A stretch of 63,544 nucleotides of DNA, counting the filler, from Octopus bimaculoides (taxonomy: Eukaryota), in the NCBI RefSeq assembly GCF_001194135.2. It is 6 parts of 6 records of this genome, joined end to end, with 100 filler letters (N's around TTAATTAATTAA, not from the genome) between each part and the next. Parts side by side here need not be neighbours in the genome. Positions count along the whole stretch, not along the records: positions 61,265 to 63,544 come from NC_068983.1; 5 more parts are not named here. One strand, given 5' to 3'. A program made the position numbers and the translations under genes. Below are positions 63,331 to 63,544 of this stretch, piece by piece. Under the pieces are notes generated by a model, which was not told where the DNA came from, did no database searches, and saw nothing but the letters and a program-made list of their open reading frames with translations. Position 1 is the first letter of the stretch; the number at the start of each line of letters is the position of its first letter.

Positions 63331-63544
63331 ATATAAGCACAATTCATGTTTTCTATGTAGTGCCTCATGTTTACATGTTAATCACGGTTGTTCTGCTGAA
63401 GATAGCTGAACTTAATATAGCTTGAAATCATGGTTGAGAAAATAGATTGCTAAATATTTTTATTTTTCATTCCCTTTCGAAATTATCCCTAATTGTGGTA
63501 CAGAGCTTTTGGCTACTGTTTCTGGCGGCATCTCTGTATTTTAT

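Overview
Eukaryotic, AT-rich, repeat-saturated draft-assembly window with many N gaps. The SINE families and the extreme microsatellite load look like an octopus (coleoid cephalopod) genome; this is inferred, not database-checked. No intact protein-coding gene, rRNA, true tRNA or CRISPR array is supported. Nearly all listed ORFs are microsatellite or N-run artefacts, or decayed retroelement fragments. Recognisable content: (i) Penelope-like elements, namely an RT fragment, a GIY-YIG fragment and two pseudo-LTRs with a variant minimal hammerhead motif; (ii) a same-strand stack of R4/Dong-type RLE LINE pieces separated by (TAA)n tracts at 48.3-52.0 kb, one with an intron-like 83-nt segment in its leader; (iii) L1/Tx1, RTE and CR1 fragments; (iv) several tRNA-derived SINE families, some full length with TSDs and several in inverted pairs; (v) mariner, Tc1, hAT and piggyBac-like pieces, plus a family of GGATC-terminated MITEs with 8-bp TSDs; (vi) two unclassified microsatellite-embedded elements. 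Outside the repeats, the best leads are an 85-nt hairpin with pri-miRNA geometry (17296-17380), a CpG-rich promoter/first-exon-like patch (28.6-28.84 kb) and a few weak exon candidates.
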